Below are positions 61,001-64,000 of a stretch of DNA of 64,000 nt, one piece after another. The stretch's first letter is position 1, and every line of letters begins with the position of its first letter. Source of the DNA: Macrostomum lignano. Taxonomy: Eukaryota. The stretch spans positions 170,167-234,166 of the forward strand of contig NIVC01001817.1 in assembly GCA_002269645.1 (NCBI GenBank). Reading direction: 5' to 3'. The notes under the pieces were generated by a model. It searched no databases. It had not been told where the DNA came from and was given only the letters and a program-made list of their open reading frames with translations. A program made the position numbers and the translations under genes.

Positions 61001-64000
61001 CACTGTAAGATTCCCGCAGCGAAGTTCTTCCTCCGAGTTTTTTCTCGCCGAGGTTTTGCTATAAATATTTGTCAGTTTCTTGCATTCCCCCCCCGTTTTT
61101 CTTATCAAGTCTTACGCGTCTACAGTATATTGTAGTTCTCTTGAAATACGTGAACGTGATGAATACGTGACCAACCCACCAGTTTGGTCATGGTACCAAC
61201 TGATCTATAGCGCATACTTCAGTATTTCCCATTTTTTGTTTCTAGTTTAGCTTTTTTCTCTTACTCTCTCAGATCTCGCAGATCCAGACCAGAGAACAAC
61301 AGATTGCATTAGTTTTTAAGTTGAAATTTCACAACAAGAAATGTGTTGGACTGTTTGCGTTGAACACTTCCAGGATTATTAGCATTTTGTATGTCAGCAT
61401 CGTTATCTTCCTTCTTGTGAAAGTATTTCATTCGTCAGTATAGTTCTAGTTCTCATACTGATTACAAACTCAACAACATTTTTCGTTTGCCTGAAACTTG
61501 GTAAAAAAAACTCGCTAACTTTGAAAAAAATATTTGCAAAGCTAAAAAGACCAACCTTGGTGCATTCCAGACTCAGACCAGAAAGTCGAAATCCAATGAT
61601 GAAGAAGACATTGAAGCGTGAGTGTCTCTTCATCTATTTATGTATTTCAAATTCATAATTATAGCTACAGTTTTGTACACCCACACCGTCGGTGCCTACT
61701 TATGCAGCAACCTGTTGCTGCCCAGCGGTGTCCCAATCAAGCGCCAGAACGCTGAAATCTCCGTTAGAATCTATCGGGCCGAAGATCTGCCCAAGATGAA
61801 CACCGATTTCATGGCCACTATCAAGCAGGCAATCACGGGCGACTCAAAGCCACTAGCTGATCCCTACGTTCAGGTTTCCTTTGCTGGACATTCGGTGAGC
61901 TTTTCCGAATTTTAATTAGACAGCTAGATTGTAAACTAGTTTTTTTGGAGTGTTTTGACTAATTTTATAATAAAATTTATAACTAACTTATCTTACATGC
62001 ATGTAAAGCGTTTTAGCGAAATTTAAGAGTACTATTTAAATTAGGATTTAAAACAAAACAGACAGACAGTAAGTAGGGCGCAGAGCCCAAAATGGGTTTT
62101 GAGGGTGTTTCGAGCGCAAGTAAGAAAAGGAGGGGTGGAGTGCGCGACTAAGGAAAGAGGGGAGATTGAAGAGCCAATCAGAGGCGGCGAGGGAGAGAGA
62201 TAAGAATTCACAACGTTGAACGGGACTGAGGGAGAGAAAACAGAGTAAACAGACGAGTGCAGATGAACCAAGAACTGACATAACAAACGTACGAGTGCGT
62301 AGCTTAACATTGACATAAGTTTAACGGGAATGATGCAGAATTTGGGCTTCAAAAGTCAAATTAACTTATTTACTCCGTACAAATGCATTGTTTATAACAA
62401 ACCTGCAGAGTGTTTTTGCGGACGTATCAAAATTGCCGTCTAAATTATTGCAGGGCAAGACGAAGTCGAAAAAGAACACGTACGATCCACAGTGGAATGA
62501 GGCGATCGTGTTCACTGAAATGTTTCCGCCGCTGTGCAACCGGGTTCGAATCTCCGTCTACGACTGGGACACCGTCTACAACGAGTGCATCGCGACGCAC
62601 TTCATTGACCTCAATCAGATTATGAACGACGCCGAGAGCGGTGAGTTTAAAAATTAGCAATTTACTACTATCAAATTTTGTGTCTTCGAAGTAAGAGCCC
62701 CTGTCTGAGACTAAGTTTGTACCGCGCTAGGTTTGTGGTGGCTTTGAGTAATAAAGAAACTGGGTTTTTCATTTTTTAAAAATATAACATTTGAAAATGC
62801 AAGTTTTCCCTGAAATCAAAGCTTTTTATTGTAATCTGCTACTGAGGCAAAAAATTCTATTAATATTATAAGATTTATTGTATCGTCTGAGCGTAGCAAA
62901 TGTGTGGTGATTTATGCATGTGCAAAGAACGACCTTTGGACCTTGCAAATGAAAATGTTTGGTGGGCTGTCGCTGGATTCGCAACCATGAAGGCCAACCC
63001 CTTAATATCATAGCCAAGTCAACTTAATATCATATTTCCAGGCTTCATGCCTACATTTGGACCGTCATGGATAAATCTTTACGGCACTCCGCGTAACTAC
63101 AGCTACGAAAACATGATCCACCCCAAGGAGGAGTTGAACCTCGGCCTTGGCGAAGGTGTCGCCTACAGGGGCCGCCTGTTGATGGCCATAAAGACAGAAG
63201 TCAAGACGGATAATTCTGGCCTGACTTCTGGGCTAGGGTCGCTTCGACTCATCCGGTACCAGATGTGAGTCGTCATGCATTGTGTGACTAAAGTACATTT
63301 AACGAATCGAGCAGAGTTGCACTTTTCACCAAATTCAAGCTTTTTGCAAGCAAAATTAGAACTTTTACAACCAACAGAAACTGATTTAAAGATAATTAGT
63401 AAAGACACTTTGCGTCCAGAAACAGATTTTTTATGCCGTCCGACCGAGTTCTACATACAGTATACGAGCGTAGTATCGATTCTTCCCTATGAACGGTTGT
63501 GCCCAGTCGCACAACTCGACTTTCTAACTTATGCTTGAATCTCTCTTCATCATATCTTTTGTAATTTTTTTCTTCCAACTCCCTACTGTGGTTTAGACTG
63601 TTGTGAAGGCGACCATCGACGGTCCAGTCTCACTATGGCTTTTGCTGGTGAAATCAAAATTAGCCATAGATAAGCTATATCGTAAAACTGCCCAGGCGCG
63701 CAAAAAATAAAAAAAGTAATCTGCGGTTCTTCTTCCTCGATCACAGACTGTCGCCGGCAAGAAGGAAGACTTTCTATTGGTTGGCGTCATCTACGAAGCC
63801 GGCGCTATCGATGCAGAAATCGGCAAGAAAGCCAAGCCGCTGGCGTTTGAGCTCTCCATCGGTGAGTTCGGATTCATGAAGTTGGATCAATTCAAAGTGC
63901 AGAGGTGGGTGTGGTACGAGTAGAACATTTCTTATTTCACATTTTTTATTACAGGCACCTATGGAAATCGAATTGATGGAAACTTTAACGAAGCGTTTGA
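46092..64000 (+). CDS. OTOF: Otoferlin (type II ferlin), 5' part: C2A, C2B, FerI, C2C and start of the following region; runs off the window
   Basis: Exons 46092-46170 ([26 protein letters not shown]), 51617-51761 ([20 protein letters not shown]), 51936-52035, 53155-53288, 53722-53853, 55856-56108 ([25 protein letters not shown]), 57017-57113, 58120-58235 ([19 protein letters not shown]), 61571-61617, 61708-61894 ([26 protein letters not shown]), 62454-62640, 63042-63264 ([23 protein letters not shown]), 63747-63861, 63955->64000. Colinear with human OTOF. Phases agree except at exon 12/13. Confidence 0.93.
46541..47540. repeat. 21-bp satellite (ctgacaactgactaggtcacc), ~47 units, in OTOF intron 1
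   Basis: Period 21 (46561, 46582); variant blocks taattaggtcactctggcaa. Confidence 0.97.
50152..50529. mobile_element. Mutator-like MITE, 378 bp, 53-bp perfect TIRs, 9-bp TSD GCTACCACA
   Basis: gggtctccctaaaacacgccccgcaccgccccgaaccgctacacattataaca at both ends in inverted orientation; gctaccaca at 50143-50151 and 50530-50538. A 9-bp TSD with G-rich termini is typical of MULEs. Confidence 0.92.
51075..51455 (+). mobile_element. Four tandem 88-bp copies of a retroelement 3'-tail sequence, the last with the terminal stem
   Basis: ttgtgttgcgatt occurs at 51093, 51181, 51269 and 51357. The unit is homologous to 53345-53460 and 39100-39210, and partly to the LINE 3' UTR at 3320-3370. Confidence 0.75.
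53345..53460 (+). mobile_element. Single copy of the same retroelement 3'-tail family in OTOF intron 4
   Basis: gattcacagccatgatggccaacctcccaagccacagagagtgcacactcctgacgattagaaagtcagggccgctgtacaccctctgtgag. Confidence 0.75.
60440..60970. repeat. 16-bp minisatellite (gagg(t/c)tctcccgcagt) in OTOF intron 8
   Basis: Period 16 (60481, 60497); it accounts for the three overlapping minus-strand ORFs. Confidence 0.95.

Overview
Intron-containing metazoan genomic DNA. TTAGGG-type telomeric hexamers and a CORE-SINE are present; a flatworm such as Macrostomum is my guess, not a demonstration. All recognisable genes are on the + strand: a 5-exon SLC2A/GLUT sugar transporter (2823-12977) with a probable GC-AG first intron; 3-exon COP9 signalosome subunit 3 (18488-20843); two tandem paralogous 4-exon C2H2 zinc-finger genes of about 25 fingers each (25369-30095, 32603-37229); and the 5' 14 exons of otoferlin (46092->64000), with an apparent 1-nt frameshift in exon 12. 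Two small unannotated candidates were also found: a single-pass membrane protein and a secreted peptide. The rest is dense with mini/microsatellites, MITE/foldback elements, CORE-SINEs and LINE 3' fragments. The most striking structure is the zinc-finger pair. Every finger array is its own exon, all introns are phase 1, and both genes share an A-B-B'-A' layout. Spacer sequences match by exon position between the genes, while finger arrays match within each gene, which is the signature of ongoing intragenic gene conversion. Exon boundaries and alignments were derived by hand; no database searches were run.
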